Source: Aquificaceae bacterium
Lineage (GTDB): Bacteria > Aquificota > Aquificia > Aquificales > Aquificaceae
Assembly (NCBI GenBank): GCA_037924335.1
Contig: JAXSMZ010000015.1
Coordinates: 1-33,807 of the forward strand
Length of the DNA: 33,807 bases
Direction: 5' to 3'
In this document: positions 1-9,091 of the stretch, piece after piece
How positions within the stretch are numbered: position 1 is the stretch's first letter
Layout: each line of letters begins with the position of its first letter
The notes under the pieces: generated by a model
The model's database searches: none
Seen by the model: only the letters and a program-made list of their open reading frames with translations
Told to the model about the DNA's origin: nothing
Position numbers and translations under genes: made by a program

Positions 1-15
1 CTTTATCTTCCTTAT

Positions 16-43
16 AACATATCCATACAACCAAAAGTGTCAA
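16..43 (-). promoter_or_regulatory. Putative sigma70 promoter pointing out of the left edge of the window
   Basis: The minus strand reads TTGACA (43-38), a 16-nt spacer, then TATGTT (21-16). Confidence 0.4.
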
Positions 44-59
44 GGGGTCTTTATGTTTC

Positions 60-92
60 TAAACTTCTATATGCGTCTATAAACTTCTATAT
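60..92. repeat. 13-bp direct repeat TAAACTTCTATAT, two copies with 20-bp period
   Basis: Exact copies at 60-72 and 80-92. Confidence 0.7.
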
Positions 93-112
93 ATTCAGTG
101 ATTAGTTTCTAA

Positions 113-502
113 TACTGGACCCAGAAGGATCTAAAGGGTCTCAAGGACGTTTTCGTCTGGTACAAAGGCTTTGGAATTCAGGGCGAGTATACCTTTTACA
201 TCCTCAACAACAAGGCTGGGGATGAGTTCAGGGAGAACATAGAGGTCATCCAAAGGTTCTTCAAACCAGATGGTACACCAAAAAAGGATATGATCGAGAA
301 GCTAAGGAATGATATAACAGTGCTTCTGTATCCATCAAAGGAGAGATCTCTGCTTTTAAACAAAGCATACAAGGCCCTGGTGGAGGAGCAAAGCTTCATA
401 CACGGAAGGGATGCTATAGCAGTACCTGTTAAGAATGTCCATAGGTCAGTGGAACCAGAAGAGGAGACTGGACTCAAAAACCCAATAATTCAAGTGCGGT
501 AA
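113..502 (+). pseudogene. 5'-truncated gene remnant or short hypothetical protein
   Basis: The frame is open from 113 (after TAA at 110-112) to 502 and reads as protein-like (YWTQKDLKGLKDVFVWYKGFG...), but the first ATG is at 290. Confidence 0.4.
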
Positions 503-507
503 TTCTA

Positions 508-516
508 TGCTATAAT
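508..516 (+). promoter_or_regulatory. Extended -10 promoter element upstream of sucC
   Basis: TGCTATAAT matches TGnTATAAT; a GGAGG SD precedes the ATG at 547. Confidence 0.6.
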
Positions 517-546
517 CATACAAATCCCTTTTTGCTGGAGGCTGGT

Positions 547-1710
547 ATGAAACTTCATGAACATCAAGCAAAGGAAATCTTGAAAAGGTACGGTCTTCCC
601 GTTCCAGAGGGAAGAGTTGCCTTTTCTGTAGAAGAAGCCATAATAGCTGCTGAAGAGCTGGATTGTTTCCCTCTTGTTTTAAAGGCTCAAGTTCACTGTG
701 GAGGAAGGGGAAAGGCTGGAGGAGTAAAGCTCGTAAAAAACATGGAGGAGATACAGCAGGTTGTTAAAGACATGATAGGAAAGACCCTAAAAACCTTTCA
801 GTGCCCCGATGGAAAACCAGTAAACAGGGTATGGATAGAGAAAGCCACACCGATAAAAAGGGAGTACTACTTTTCCATAACCCTTGATAGGTCTCTCTCA
901 AAGCCTGTGGTAATAGCCTCAGCAGAGGGTGGTATGGAGATAGAGGAGCTGGCGAAGGAAAAACCAGAGGCTATTTTGATGATGCATGTGGACCCATCCC
1001 TTGGACTCATGCCCTATCAGGCTAGAAGGATAGCTTTCAAGCTTGGGCTTCCAGTAAATGAGTTTACAAAGGTGGCTCTCTCCCTTTACAAGGCTTACAT
1101 AGAGCTTGATGCTTCCCTCGTTGAGATAAATCCTTTGGTGCTAGACAAAGAGAACAGGCTTGTGCTCCTTGATGCTAAAGTGGAGATAGATGACAACGCC
1201 CTCATAAGACACAAAGACCTTGAGGAGATGGAGGACCTCAGTCAGATAGACCAGCTTGAAGTGGAAGCCAAAAGGTATAACCTAAACTACATAAAGCTCG
1301 ATGGAAATATAGGTTGTATGGTGAACGGAGCAGGTCTCGCTATGACAACCATGGACATAATAAAGCTGGCTGGTGGAAGTCCTTCTAACTTTTTGGACGT
1401 TGGTGGTGGGGCTAACGTGGAGCAGATAGCCAATGCCTTTAGGATACTTATGGCAGACAAGGACGTAAAAGCGGTCTTTATAAACATATTCGGTGGAATA
1501 CTAAGATGTGATAGGCTTGCTAACGGTCTTTTGGAGGCTGCAAAAATGGTAGATATAAAGGTACCAGTTGTTGTAAGAATGGAAGGAACCAACGTAGAGG
1601 AAGGTAGGAGAATACTAGCAGAATCTGGGCTTAGTTTCATAAACGCAGTAGACATGTGGGACGGTGCAAAAAAAGCGGTGGAGATGGCAAACAAGCCTGC
1701 GGAGGTCTAA
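547..1710 (+). CDS. sucC: Succinyl-CoA synthetase beta subunit
   Basis: [11 protein letters not shown]-terminus, [48 protein letters not shown]. Start moved to the ATG at 547 behind GGAGG. Confidence 0.92.
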   Translation: MKLHEHQAKEILKRYGLPVPEGRVAFSVEEAIIAAEELDCFPLVLKAQVHCGGRGKAGGVKLVKNMEEIQQVVKDMIGKTLKTFQCPDGKPVNRVWIEKATPIKREYYFSITLDRSLSKPVVIASAEGGMEIEELAKEKPEAILMMHVDPSLGLMPYQARRIAFKLGLPVNEFTKVALSLYKAYIELDASLVEINPLVLDKENRLVLLDAKVEIDDNALIRHKDLEEMEDLSQIDQLEVEAKRYNLNYIKLDGNIGCMVNGAGLAMTTMDIIKLAGGSPSNFLDVGGGANVEQIANAFRILMADKDVKAVFINIFGGILRCDRLANGLLEAAKMVDIKVPVVVRMEGTNVEEGRRILAESGLSFINAVDMWDGAKKAVEMANKPAEV

Positions 1711-1711
1711 C

Positions 1712-2593
1712 ATGGCAATCCTTGTAAACAAAGATACCAAAGTCTTAGTTCAAGGAATAACAGGAAAGGAAGGCTCTTTCCATGCTACCCAGTGCAAAGC
1801 TTATGGCACTCAAGTGGTGGCGGGCGTTACGCCTGGTAAAGCAGGTCAGTCTGTGGAAGGTATACCCGTTTTCAACACAGTAGAAGAGGCGGTAAGAGAA
1901 ACTGGTACTAACTGCTCCCTTATATTTGTCCCCCCTGCATTTGCAGGAGATGCCATAGTTGAAGCCCTGGACGCTGGGATAGAGCTTATAGTTTGCATCA
2001 CAGAAGGCATACCCGTAAGGGACATGATGATGGTAAAGGACTACATGAGGAAGAACTATCCTGATGCCAAGCTCATAGGTCCAAACTGTCCGGGAGTTAT
2101 AACACCTGACGAAGCAAAGGTGGGTATAATGCCGGGACATATATTCAAAAAGGGAAGTATAGGCATAGTGTCGAGGAGCGGAACTCTTACCTACGAAGTG
2201 TCTCATCAGCTTACAAGGTTGGGCTTGGGACAATCTACAGCCGTAGGAATAGGAGGTGACCCAGTTCATGGGCTTTCTTTCAAAGATGTGATAGCTATGT
2301 TCAACGGAGACCCGGAGACCCAAGCCATACTTATGATAGGTGAAATTGGAGGAACTGCAGAGGAGGAGGCGGCTGAGTACATAAAAGAGCATGTAAAGAA
2401 AAAGGTCTTTGCCTACATTGCAGGCATAACCGCTCCACCAGGAAGGAGGATGGGACACGCTGGAGCCATAATAAGCGGAGGGAAGGGAACAGCCCAAGCA
2501 AAGATGGAGGCTCTTGAGTCTGCTGGAGTTTATGTTATTGAAAACCCAGCATTTATAGGCAAGTCAATGCATGAAGTGCTGGCAGAAGGATGA
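1712..2593 (+). CDS. sucD: Succinyl-CoA synthetase alpha subunit
   Basis: [34 protein letters not shown] (phospho-His). ATG at 1712 follows GGAGG. Confidence 0.92.
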   Translation: MAILVNKDTKVLVQGITGKEGSFHATQCKAYGTQVVAGVTPGKAGQSVEGIPVFNTVEEAVRETGTNCSLIFVPPAFAGDAIVEALDAGIELIVCITEGIPVRDMMMVKDYMRKNYPDAKLIGPNCPGVITPDEAKVGIMPGHIFKKGSIGIVSRSGTLTYEVSHQLTRLGLGQSTAVGIGGDPVHGLSFKDVIAMFNGDPETQAILMIGEIGGTAEEEAAEYIKEHVKKKVFAYIAGITAPPGRRMGHAGAIISGGKGTAQAKMEALESAGVYVIENPAFIGKSMHEVLAEG

Positions 2594-2621
2594 TTTAGAA
2601 TAGGTTGATGCTTTAGATGTA

Positions 2622-2630
2622 TGGTATATT
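2622..2630 (+). promoter_or_regulatory. Possible extended -10 element for the ferredoxin pair
   Basis: TGGTATATT upstream of the AAGGAGGT SD. Confidence 0.35.
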
Positions 2631-2665
2631 TTAATAAGCTAAACACCTTAAAGGAGGTAAGAAGT

Positions 2666-2884
2666 ATGGCATTGAAAACGATGGTGGACCCAGACACCTG
2701 TACTTCATGTGAGCTCTGTTACGATAGGGTTCCAGAAGTTTACAAGAACAGAGGCGATGGCATAGCTGAAGTTGTAAACCCAAACTCTGGCGGTTGGATG
2801 AGAGTTCCTCCAGAGCTTGAGCAGGAAGTAAAAGAAGTTACTGATGAGTGTCCAAGCGGTTCCATAATAACAGAAGAGGAATGA
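2666..2884 (+). CDS. fdx1: Single-cluster [4Fe-4S] ferredoxin (Fd1-like)
   Basis: CTSCELC...ECP motif, acidic, 72 aa; strong SD AAGGAGGT before the ATG at 2666. Confidence 0.9.
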   Translation: MALKTMVDPDTCTSCELCYDRVPEVYKNRGDGIAEVVNPNSGGWMRVPPELEQEVKEVTDECPSGSIITEEE

Positions 2885-3075
2885 ATCTTCACATTGACAT
2901 AGATACGTGCACAGCTTGCGAGCTGTGCTACGACACTTTACCACAGGTGTTTGCTGACAGAGGAGATGGAATACCCTTGGTAGTCCCTTCTGCTTTAAGA
3001 GTTTTTTTAGATTTACAGGAAGCTATAAAGGAAGTGATAGAAAAGTGTCCAAGTGGGTCGATACACGTGAAGTAG
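2881..3075 (+). CDS. fdx2: Single-cluster [4Fe-4S] ferredoxin (Fd2-like)
   Basis: CTACELC...KCP motif; paralog of the upstream gene; ATGA overlap at 2881-2884. Confidence 0.88.
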   Translation: MNLHIDIDTCTACELCYDTLPQVFADRGDGIPLVVPSALRVFLDLQEAIKEVIEKCPSGSIHVK

Positions 3076-3079
3076 CCCA

Positions 3080-6000
3080 TTAGTGTTTTCTCAAACTGTA
3101 AAGAGCCGGTATTACAAAAAGAGCCGTTGAAAAGGTAGAAACTATTCCCCCAAGCATGGGTATAGCTATCCTTGATATGACCTCGCCACCCGTACCCTTC
3201 ATCAAAACAGCTGGCACCAAACTTGCCACTATTGCAAACATTGTCATAGTCTTTGGTCTTATTCTCTTTACTGCACCGCTGTAAACAGCCTCTTGAAAGC
3301 CCTTATCCTTTTCCTGCTCTAAGGCTTTCATAATGTAAACGACCATCACAATGCTCATCTCCGCAGCTACACCCAAAAGCGCAAGAAAGCCGGCAATGGA
3401 TGCAAGGGAAAGCTTAAAACCTAAAAAGTACATAAGCAGGAAGCCACCTAGAAGAGAGGAAGGAAGAGTAAAGAGCACAAGCAGAGTCTCAAAGACACTC
3501 CCCAAGCTCAGGTAAACCAAGACCACTATACTAAGAAGGACCAGTGGGATTATGACTTTAAGGTCCTCCATAGCCTTCTGCCAGTACTCAAACTGACCGC
3601 TCCACTGATAGAAGTATCCAGGGGGAAGGTTGGCAGTAGAATCTATCCTTTTGGTTCCTTCCTCCACGATTTTACCAACGTCAGCTCCTGGCTTTGGTGT
3701 TATGTAAACGTAAGCAACCAAAAGACCGTTCTCAGATTTTATTTCCATAGGACTTTCCAACCTTTTTATCTCAGCTACTGCCTTTAGTGGGATGAGTTTA
3801 TCACCAAAGGGGAGCAATAAGTTTTCAAGATCCTGCCTGTAATCTCTTGGAACTCCAAGGGTTATACCGTACCTCTCCCTTCCTGATATGTAAAGGGATA
3901 CAGGCTCGTTGACAAATAGTTTCTCAAAAGCTTTAGCTATATCCTCTTGGTTTATACCGTAGAGAAAAAGCTTTTCTCTGTCTGGAATCACTTCCACATA
4001 GGTTGCTCCAGTTATCCTCTCCGCATATACGTTCATAACACCTTCCATTCCTTGCAGAGCCTCCTCCATCCTCTTTGCTATGCTTGATAGCTCTTCTATG
4101 TTATTTCCGAACACCTTTATGCCAAGGGGGGTTCTTATTCCAGTGGTTATCATGTCTATCCTTCCCTTTATGGGCATGGTCCAGCTGTTTATAACACCCG
4201 GAAACTGCAAAGCTTTGTCAAGCTCTGAAATGAGCTTTTCATAGGTCATTCCTTCTCTCCACTGACTTTCTGGTTTTAGGGTTACTGTAGTTTCTATCAT
4301 GGATAGGGGAGCTGGGTCTGTAGCCGTTTCAGCTCTTCCAGCCTTTCCAAAAACTGTTTCAACCTCAGGGAAGCTTTTTATTATTTTGTCTTGAAAAGTC
4401 AAAAGCCTTTGAACCTCCTGTATGGAAATACCTGGTACAGTCGTTGGCATGTAAAGGAGAACTCCCTCCCTCAAGTCTGGCATAAATTCCCTTCCAAGGT
4501 TTTTGTAAAGCATGTATGATGCTGGCATTGCCAGTATGGCAAGCACTAATACGATGTACTTTAGCCTTATGGATAGGTAAAAGATGGGTGAGTAAAGCCT
4601 TATGAGAAACACAACCAAAGGGTTTTTCTCCTCCTGAACTGGCTTCCCCCTCCCAAAGTAAAGGAGGAGTATGGGGACTAAGAGTAAAGACAAAACAGAA
4701 GCAACTACCATGGATAAGGTTTTAGTTATCACCAATGGGCCAAAGAGTTTTCCAGCCTGAGCTTTCAGAGCCAGCATGGGAACAAAGGATACGGCTACAA
4801 CCAGAAGGGCAAAGAATATGGGTTTCCCCACCTCCGATGTTGACTCCAGTATAGAAGTTTTTAGACCTTTCCCTTCTTCCTTCTTCCTGCTGAAGGCTTC
4901 AACAAGAACTATAGCAGCATCAACCATCGTACCTATGGCTATGGCTATACCACCTAAGGACATGATATTGGAGTTTATGCCTGTATGATTCATGATTATA
5001 AAAGTTCCCAAAAGTGATAGGGTTAAAAAGATTATAACGGCAAAGCTCAGCGAAAAACTTAGCAAAAAGAGAGCAATAACTACTATAACTATTATAGATT
5101 CTTCTATCAGTACCTTTTTTAGGTGGTCTATTGCCCTCTCTATCAAGTCTGACCTGTCATAAACTGGAACTATTTTTACATCCTGAGGAAGCCCCTTCCC
5201 CACCTCTTTGAGCTTTTCTTTAACTTCTTGTATGGTTTTGTAAGCGTCAGCACTGTAGCGCATAACAACGATACCACCAACCGTATTTCCAAACCCGTTA
5301 AAGTCAGCAGTTCCCATCCTAAAGGCAGGAGTTTCCACAACATACCCCACATCCTTCACCCTTATGGGCACTCCGTTTATATCCTTCAAAACAGCCTTTT
5401 CTATATCTTCCTTTCCCTTTATGTAACCCCTTACCCTTACCAAAAACTCCCTTCCATTTACCTCTACATACTTTCCACCAGTTTCCACGTTAGAACCCTT
5501 TACAGCCTTTAAAACATCTTCCAGTGAAACCCCATAATGCATCATGTGCTCTGGATAAAGGACGATTCTGTATTCCTTTTCAAAACCTCCTACAGATGCA
5601 ACCTCAGCCACGTTGGGAACCGAAAGGAGAGCATACTTGATATAGAAGTTTTGAACCTTCCAAAGCTCATCCAAACTTCTCTTTTCAGAGTAAAGTGTGT
5701 ACTGATAAACCCATCCTATACCCGTAGCATCTGGTCCAAGGTTGACCTCTGCCTGTGGTGGCAGCTGCGCTCTTATGGAGGATAACTTCTCCAACACTCT
5801 TGACCTTGCCCAGTATATGTCTGTACCATCCTCAAAGATAACGTACACAAGGGAAAAGTTGGGAGAAGAATAGCCTCTGACAGCCTTAACCTTTGGAAGA
5901 CCAAGCATGCTGGATACCAATGGGTAAGTCAGCTGGTCTTCTATGACTTGGGGAGCCTGCCCTATCCATTTGGAGTAGACTATGACTTGGGTATCTGTAA

Positions 6001-6121
6001 GGTCTGGTATGGCATCCACAGGAGTTTTTTTAATAGAGTAAACTCCGTATAGGAAAACAAACATGACAAAGATGATGGCCACAAACCTGTAATTGAGAAG
6101 AATCTCAGTAAGATGCTTCAT
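3080..6121 (-). CDS. cusA: CusA-type Cu(I)/Ag(I) heavy-metal RND efflux permease
   Basis: DAIPDL, GPDATG, NIMSLGGIAIAIG, RIRPKTMT; the CusA Met-triad contexts LYMP, PAPLSM and RIDM are all present. Confidence 0.93.
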   Translation of the reverse strand: MKHLTEILLNYRFVAIIFVMFVFLYGVYSIKKTPVDAIPDLTDTQVIVYSKWIGQAPQVIEDQLTYPLVSSMLGLPKVKAVRGYSSPNFSLVYVIFEDGTDIYWARSRVLEKLSSIRAQLPPQAEVNLGPDATGIGWVYQYTLYSEKRSLDELWKVQNFYIKYALLSVPNVAEVASVGGFEKEYRIVLYPEHMMHYGVSLEDVLKAVKGSNVETGGKYVEVNGREFLVRVRGYIKGKEDIEKAVLKDINGVPIRVKDVGYVVETPAFRMGTADFNGFGNTVGGIVVMRYSADAYKTIQEVKEKLKEVGKGLPQDVKIVPVYDRSDLIERAIDHLKKVLIEESIIVIVVIALFLLSFSLSFAVIIFLTLSLLGTFIIMNHTGINSNIMSLGGIAIAIGTMVDAAIVLVEAFSRKKEEGKGLKTSILESTSEVGKPIFFALLVVAVSFVPMLALKAQAGKLFGPLVITKTLSMVVASVLSLLLVPILLLYFGRGKPVQEEKNPLVVFLIRLYSPIFYLSIRLKYIVLVLAILAMPASYMLYKNLGREFMPDLREGVLLYMPTTVPGISIQEVQRLLTFQDKIIKSFPEVETVFGKAGRAETATDPAPLSMIETTVTLKPESQWREGMTYEKLISELDKALQFPGVINSWTMPIKGRIDMITTGIRTPLGIKVFGNNIEELSSIAKRMEEALQGMEGVMNVYAERITGATYVEVIPDREKLFLYGINQEDIAKAFEKLFVNEPVSLYISGRERYGITLGVPRDYRQDLENLLLPFGDKLIPLKAVAEIKRLESPMEIKSENGLLVAYVYITPKPGADVGKIVEEGTKRIDSTANLPPGYFYQWSGQFEYWQKAMEDLKVIIPLVLLSIVVLVYLSLGSVFETLLVLFTLPSSLLGGFLLMYFLGFKLSLASIAGFLALLGVAAEMSIVMVVYIMKALEQEKDKGFQEAVYSGAVKRIRPKTMTMFAIVASLVPAVLMKGTGGEVISRIAIPMLGGIVSTFSTALFVIPALYSLRKH

Positions 6122-8112
6122 TCAAGGGACCTCTTCATGAGCAATGCATTTATTGCAACAAGGACTGTGCTCAAGCTCATCAGGATTGCGGCAACTGGTG
6201 GTGGTATCAAAACACCCCATCTGTAAAGAACGCCAGCCGCTAAAGGTATTGCTACAAGGTTATATCCAGTGGCCCAAAAGAGGTTCTGTATCATCTTTCT
6301 GTAAGCTACCTTGGAGAGTTTTATAGCCTTTAGAACATCATCTGGGTTGCTTTTTACAAGGATTATTCCAGCGCTTTCAATGGCAACATCTGTACCGCTA
6401 CCTATTGCTATACCAACGTCTGCTTGCATCAAGGCAGGTGCATCGTTTATACCATCCCCAACCATTGCAACCTTTAACCCTCTACCTTGAAGGCTCTTTA
6501 TCTTCTCCACCTTCTGATGAGGAAGAACCCTTGCAAAGTACTCGTCAATACCAAGCTCCTCGGAGACCCATCTGGCAACCTCATCAGCATCCCCTGTTAT
6601 CATCATAACTTTCTTACCCATACTTTTTATGCTCTTTACAGCATCATAGGATTCTTTCCTTATCCTGTCAGAAAGGGCTAATATACCCTTTAGCTTTCCA
6701 TCAACTCCCACAAGGACTACAGTCTTACCCTGACTGGATAGTTTCTTCCCTTCCTTCAAAAGACCTTCATCGCTCAGTATCCCAAGCTCCTTTACAAAAG
6801 CCTCTGTTCCTACTGCAACTTCGCTACCCCTTACCCTACCCCAAACCCCTTTACCAGAGTAAGACTTAAAATCTTCTAACTTCATAACTTCAAGACCTCT
6901 ACTTAAGGCTTCTTCCACCAGAGCTTTTGCTATGACATGCTCAGAACTCCTCTCAAGACTGGCAACAAGCCTCAGAAGATCATTCTCTTGGATGTCCTTT
7001 GTACGGATGTCGGACAGTCCGAACTTACCTTCTGTCAATGTGCCAGTTTTATCGAAAACGATGACATCTATATTCCTTAGAAGCTCCAGAGAGAGTCTAT
7101 CCCTGACCAGTATCCCTCTGGAGGAGGAGTAAGAGGTGGATATGGCTACAACGAGGGGAATGGCCAGGCCAAGGGCATGTGGACACGCTATAACTATAAC
7201 TGTTACAGCTCTCTCTACTGCAAACTGAGGGTCTCCTGCGAGATAAAGCCATAGGGAAAAAGTGATAGAGCCAACGAGCAGAGCTATGATGGTAAGATAA
7301 AAGGCAACCTTATCTGCCAGGTCTTGAAGCTTTGTCTTTGATTCTTGAGCCTCCTTTACTATCTTCATCACTTGGCTCAGATAAGATGTCTCTCCAGTCT
7401 TTTCAACCCTTACCTTTAAGACTCCTTCCATGTTCAGCGACCCTCCTATCACCTTATCTCCTTCCTTTTTTGGTACGGGCTTTGACTCACCCGTTAGCAG
7501 GGACTCGTTCATATGTGCTGTGCCTTCTAAGACAACGCCGTCAGCGGGTACTTTTTCTCCAGGTTTTATAAGCACCACATCCCCTACCTTTAGCTGGGAC
7601 ACATCCACCTCTAAAACTTCTGAACCCTTTATAAGGTTAGCCTTCTTTGGCAAAAGCTTTGCAAGCTCCTCTATGGCTTTTGATGCTCCAAGGACGGACT
7701 TCATCTCTATAAAATGTCCCCAAAGCATAACTACGATAAGCGTTGAAAGCTCCCAAAAGAAATCCACACCACCCGAAGCATAAGCATAAAAGCTGTAAAG
7801 AAAGCCTATGCTTATAGCTAATGAGACAAGGCTCATCATCCCAGGTCTTGCAACCTTTAGCTCTTGAAAGGAACCCTTTAGAAAGAAAACCCCACCGTAG
7901 AAAAAGACAATGCTGGAAAGCAAAACTGTTATGAGTCTGCTCCCATAAAACTCCGGTATGCTGACACCTAAAATCTTTTGAAAGGTATCGGAAAGAAGGA
8001 CCACAGGCAAGGTCAAAAGCGTGCATACCAATGCCTTCCTCTTTATTTCAAAAAGATGGTCTTCCCTTCTCTCTTTTTTACGGGGATGCTCGTGAAAAGT
8101 ATGCTCGTGCAT
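6118..8112 (-). CDS. copB: Copper-translocating P1B-3 (CopB-type) ATPase
   Basis: His-rich N-terminus, TGES, CPH in the membrane helix (IACPHALGLAIP), DKTGT, GDGIND, GYN and MSLST. Confidence 0.9.
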   Translation of the reverse strand: MHEHTFHEHPRKKERREDHLFEIKRKALVCTLLTLPVVLLSDTFQKILGVSIPEFYGSRLITVLLSSIVFFYGGVFFLKGSFQELKVARPGMMSLVSLAISIGFLYSFYAYASGGVDFFWELSTLIVVMLWGHFIEMKSVLGASKAIEELAKLLPKKANLIKGSEVLEVDVSQLKVGDVVLIKPGEKVPADGVVLEGTAHMNESLLTGESKPVPKKEGDKVIGGSLNMEGVLKVRVEKTGETSYLSQVMKIVKEAQESKTKLQDLADKVAFYLTIIALLVGSITFSLWLYLAGDPQFAVERAVTVIVIACPHALGLAIPLVVAISTSYSSSRGILVRDRLSLELLRNIDVIVFDKTGTLTEGKFGLSDIRTKDIQENDLLRLVASLERSSEHVIAKALVEEALSRGLEVMKLEDFKSYSGKGVWGRVRGSEVAVGTEAFVKELGILSDEGLLKEGKKLSSQGKTVVLVGVDGKLKGILALSDRIRKESYDAVKSIKSMGKKVMMITGDADEVARWVSEELGIDEYFARVLPHQKVEKIKSLQGRGLKVAMVGDGINDAPALMQADVGIAIGSGTDVAIESAGIILVKSNPDDVLKAIKLSKVAYRKMIQNLFWATGYNLVAIPLAAGVLYRWGVLIPPPVAAILMSLSTVLVAINALLMKRSLE

Positions 8113-8115
8113 ACC

Positions 8116-8229
8116 CTAACCTTTAAGAATATACTTTACAAAGGCTATGATCCCCAGTATTAAAAAAAGAACAACAAGCAGATAAAGGAGCCCCATGCCC
8201 CAACCCATACCATGCATATCCCACATCAT
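8116..8229 (-). CDS. 37-aa single-pass membrane peptide with a Met/His/Gly N-terminus (absent from the ORF track)
   Basis: MMWDMHGMGWGMGLLYLLVVLFLILGIIAFVKYILKG; AGGAGGT SD 7 nt upstream; fills the nosL-copB gap and stops 3 nt before the copB ATG. Confidence 0.8.
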   Translation of the reverse strand: MMWDMHGMGWGMGLLYLLVVLFLILGIIAFVKYILKG

Positions 8230-8243
8230 TACAATCACCTCCT

Positions 8244-8681
8244 TTATTGTTTGTGACCCATCTCTAAGTGCTTTAAAAACTCTTTATCTATCTCAGTAAA
8301 CCTGTAAACCTTATTTTTGCCTTTAAACTTCTGGGCTGATATCCTGCTTTGGAAAGGTGCAAGGTCATAACCCATAGGACCTTCATGGATAACCACATAA
8401 AAAGCCTTTGTGCCGTCTATCCACTTTCCGCTCTCGTAATCCTTCACCCAAAGCTCAGCCACCTTGTCCTTGTTTTCCAAGTAATACTGAATTATGTGCT
8501 TTGGAGATTCTGCATACTTGTAAGAACCATCCTTTAGTTTCACCTGTGATGTTAGCCTTGGTTCCATGTTTACATCCATACCACATACCACGCATCTTTC
8601 ACCTTTTGGCGGCTCCTTTGGCTGTGAAAAGCCTAAGCTTAGGCTAAGAAAAATTCCAGCTAGGAGAAGGATCTTCCTCAT
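8244..8681 (-). CDS. NosL-family copper-binding periplasmic protein
   Basis: Signal peptide, CVVCGM, WID-xxAFYV and GPMG motifs; AAGGAGGT SD. Confidence 0.85.
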   Translation of the reverse strand: MRKILLLAGIFLSLSLGFSQPKEPPKGERCVVCGMDVNMEPRLTSQVKLKDGSYKYAESPKHIIQYYLENKDKVAELWVKDYESGKWIDGTKAFYVVIHEGPMGYDLAPFQSRISAQKFKGKNKVYRFTEIDKEFLKHLEMGHKQ

Positions 8682-8685
8682 TGTT

Positions 8686-9091
8686 TTACCTCCTTGACGA
8701 TGAAGTACTTAACTCCTTATTCTCTTGTCTTTTAAACCCTTCTAACTCCCTTTGGTGGAACATGCCCCTATAAACCATCCCAAACTACCTTGAGAGCAAC
8801 CCATTCCTTGAGAGAATAGCCAATTCTTACAAGTAGGGCAAAGAGAGAAAGAGCTACTAAAGCAAAACCCACCGTTTGATGCGTGTGCAATATTTCCATA
8901 GCTTCATCCCCTATGGGTATACTTTCTATACTTTCATGCGCTACATAACCTGTTAATACAGAAGATAAAAGAGCTAAAGCAGTCAGAAGGTTTATCAGCA
9001 GTGAGAGTCTACCGGGCTTCTCGCCCCTCAAAAGATAGTAAAGTTCCACCATCAAAACTACGAAGGGAAGGGCTATACCAATGAGCCTCAT
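8686..9091 (-). pseudogene. DUF2231-like membrane protein, apparently damaged by deletion and frameshift
   Basis: Starts at an ATGA overlap (9091) and has hydrophobic helices with GIALP, LTGYVA and LHTH. The frame stops at 8768, but a second frame FGMVYRG...SSRR* runs to 8686, 4 nt before the nosL start. Confidence 0.55.

Noticed and set aside
55..113. CRISPR array suggested by two GTTTCTAA motifs
   Set aside because: Only 8 bp match, there are two copies at 50-bp spacing, and no full-length repeats or cas genes are present.
1287..2497. Long antisense ORFs over sucCD, and similar shadows over cusA, copB, ftsZ/ftsA, ddl, the P2 ATPase and lysA
   Set aside because: They lie wholly opposite or out of frame within well-supported genes and lack SDs and family motifs.
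547..2593. Citryl-CoA synthetase (CcsAB) instead of SucCD
   Set aside because: Lengths (387 and 293 aa) and motifs fit canonical succinyl-CoA synthetase. A phylogeny with both Aquificae paralogs would settle it.
8244..8681. Nitrous oxide reductase (nos) cluster
   Set aside because: There is no nosZ, nosD, nosF or nosY in the window; the context is copper efflux.
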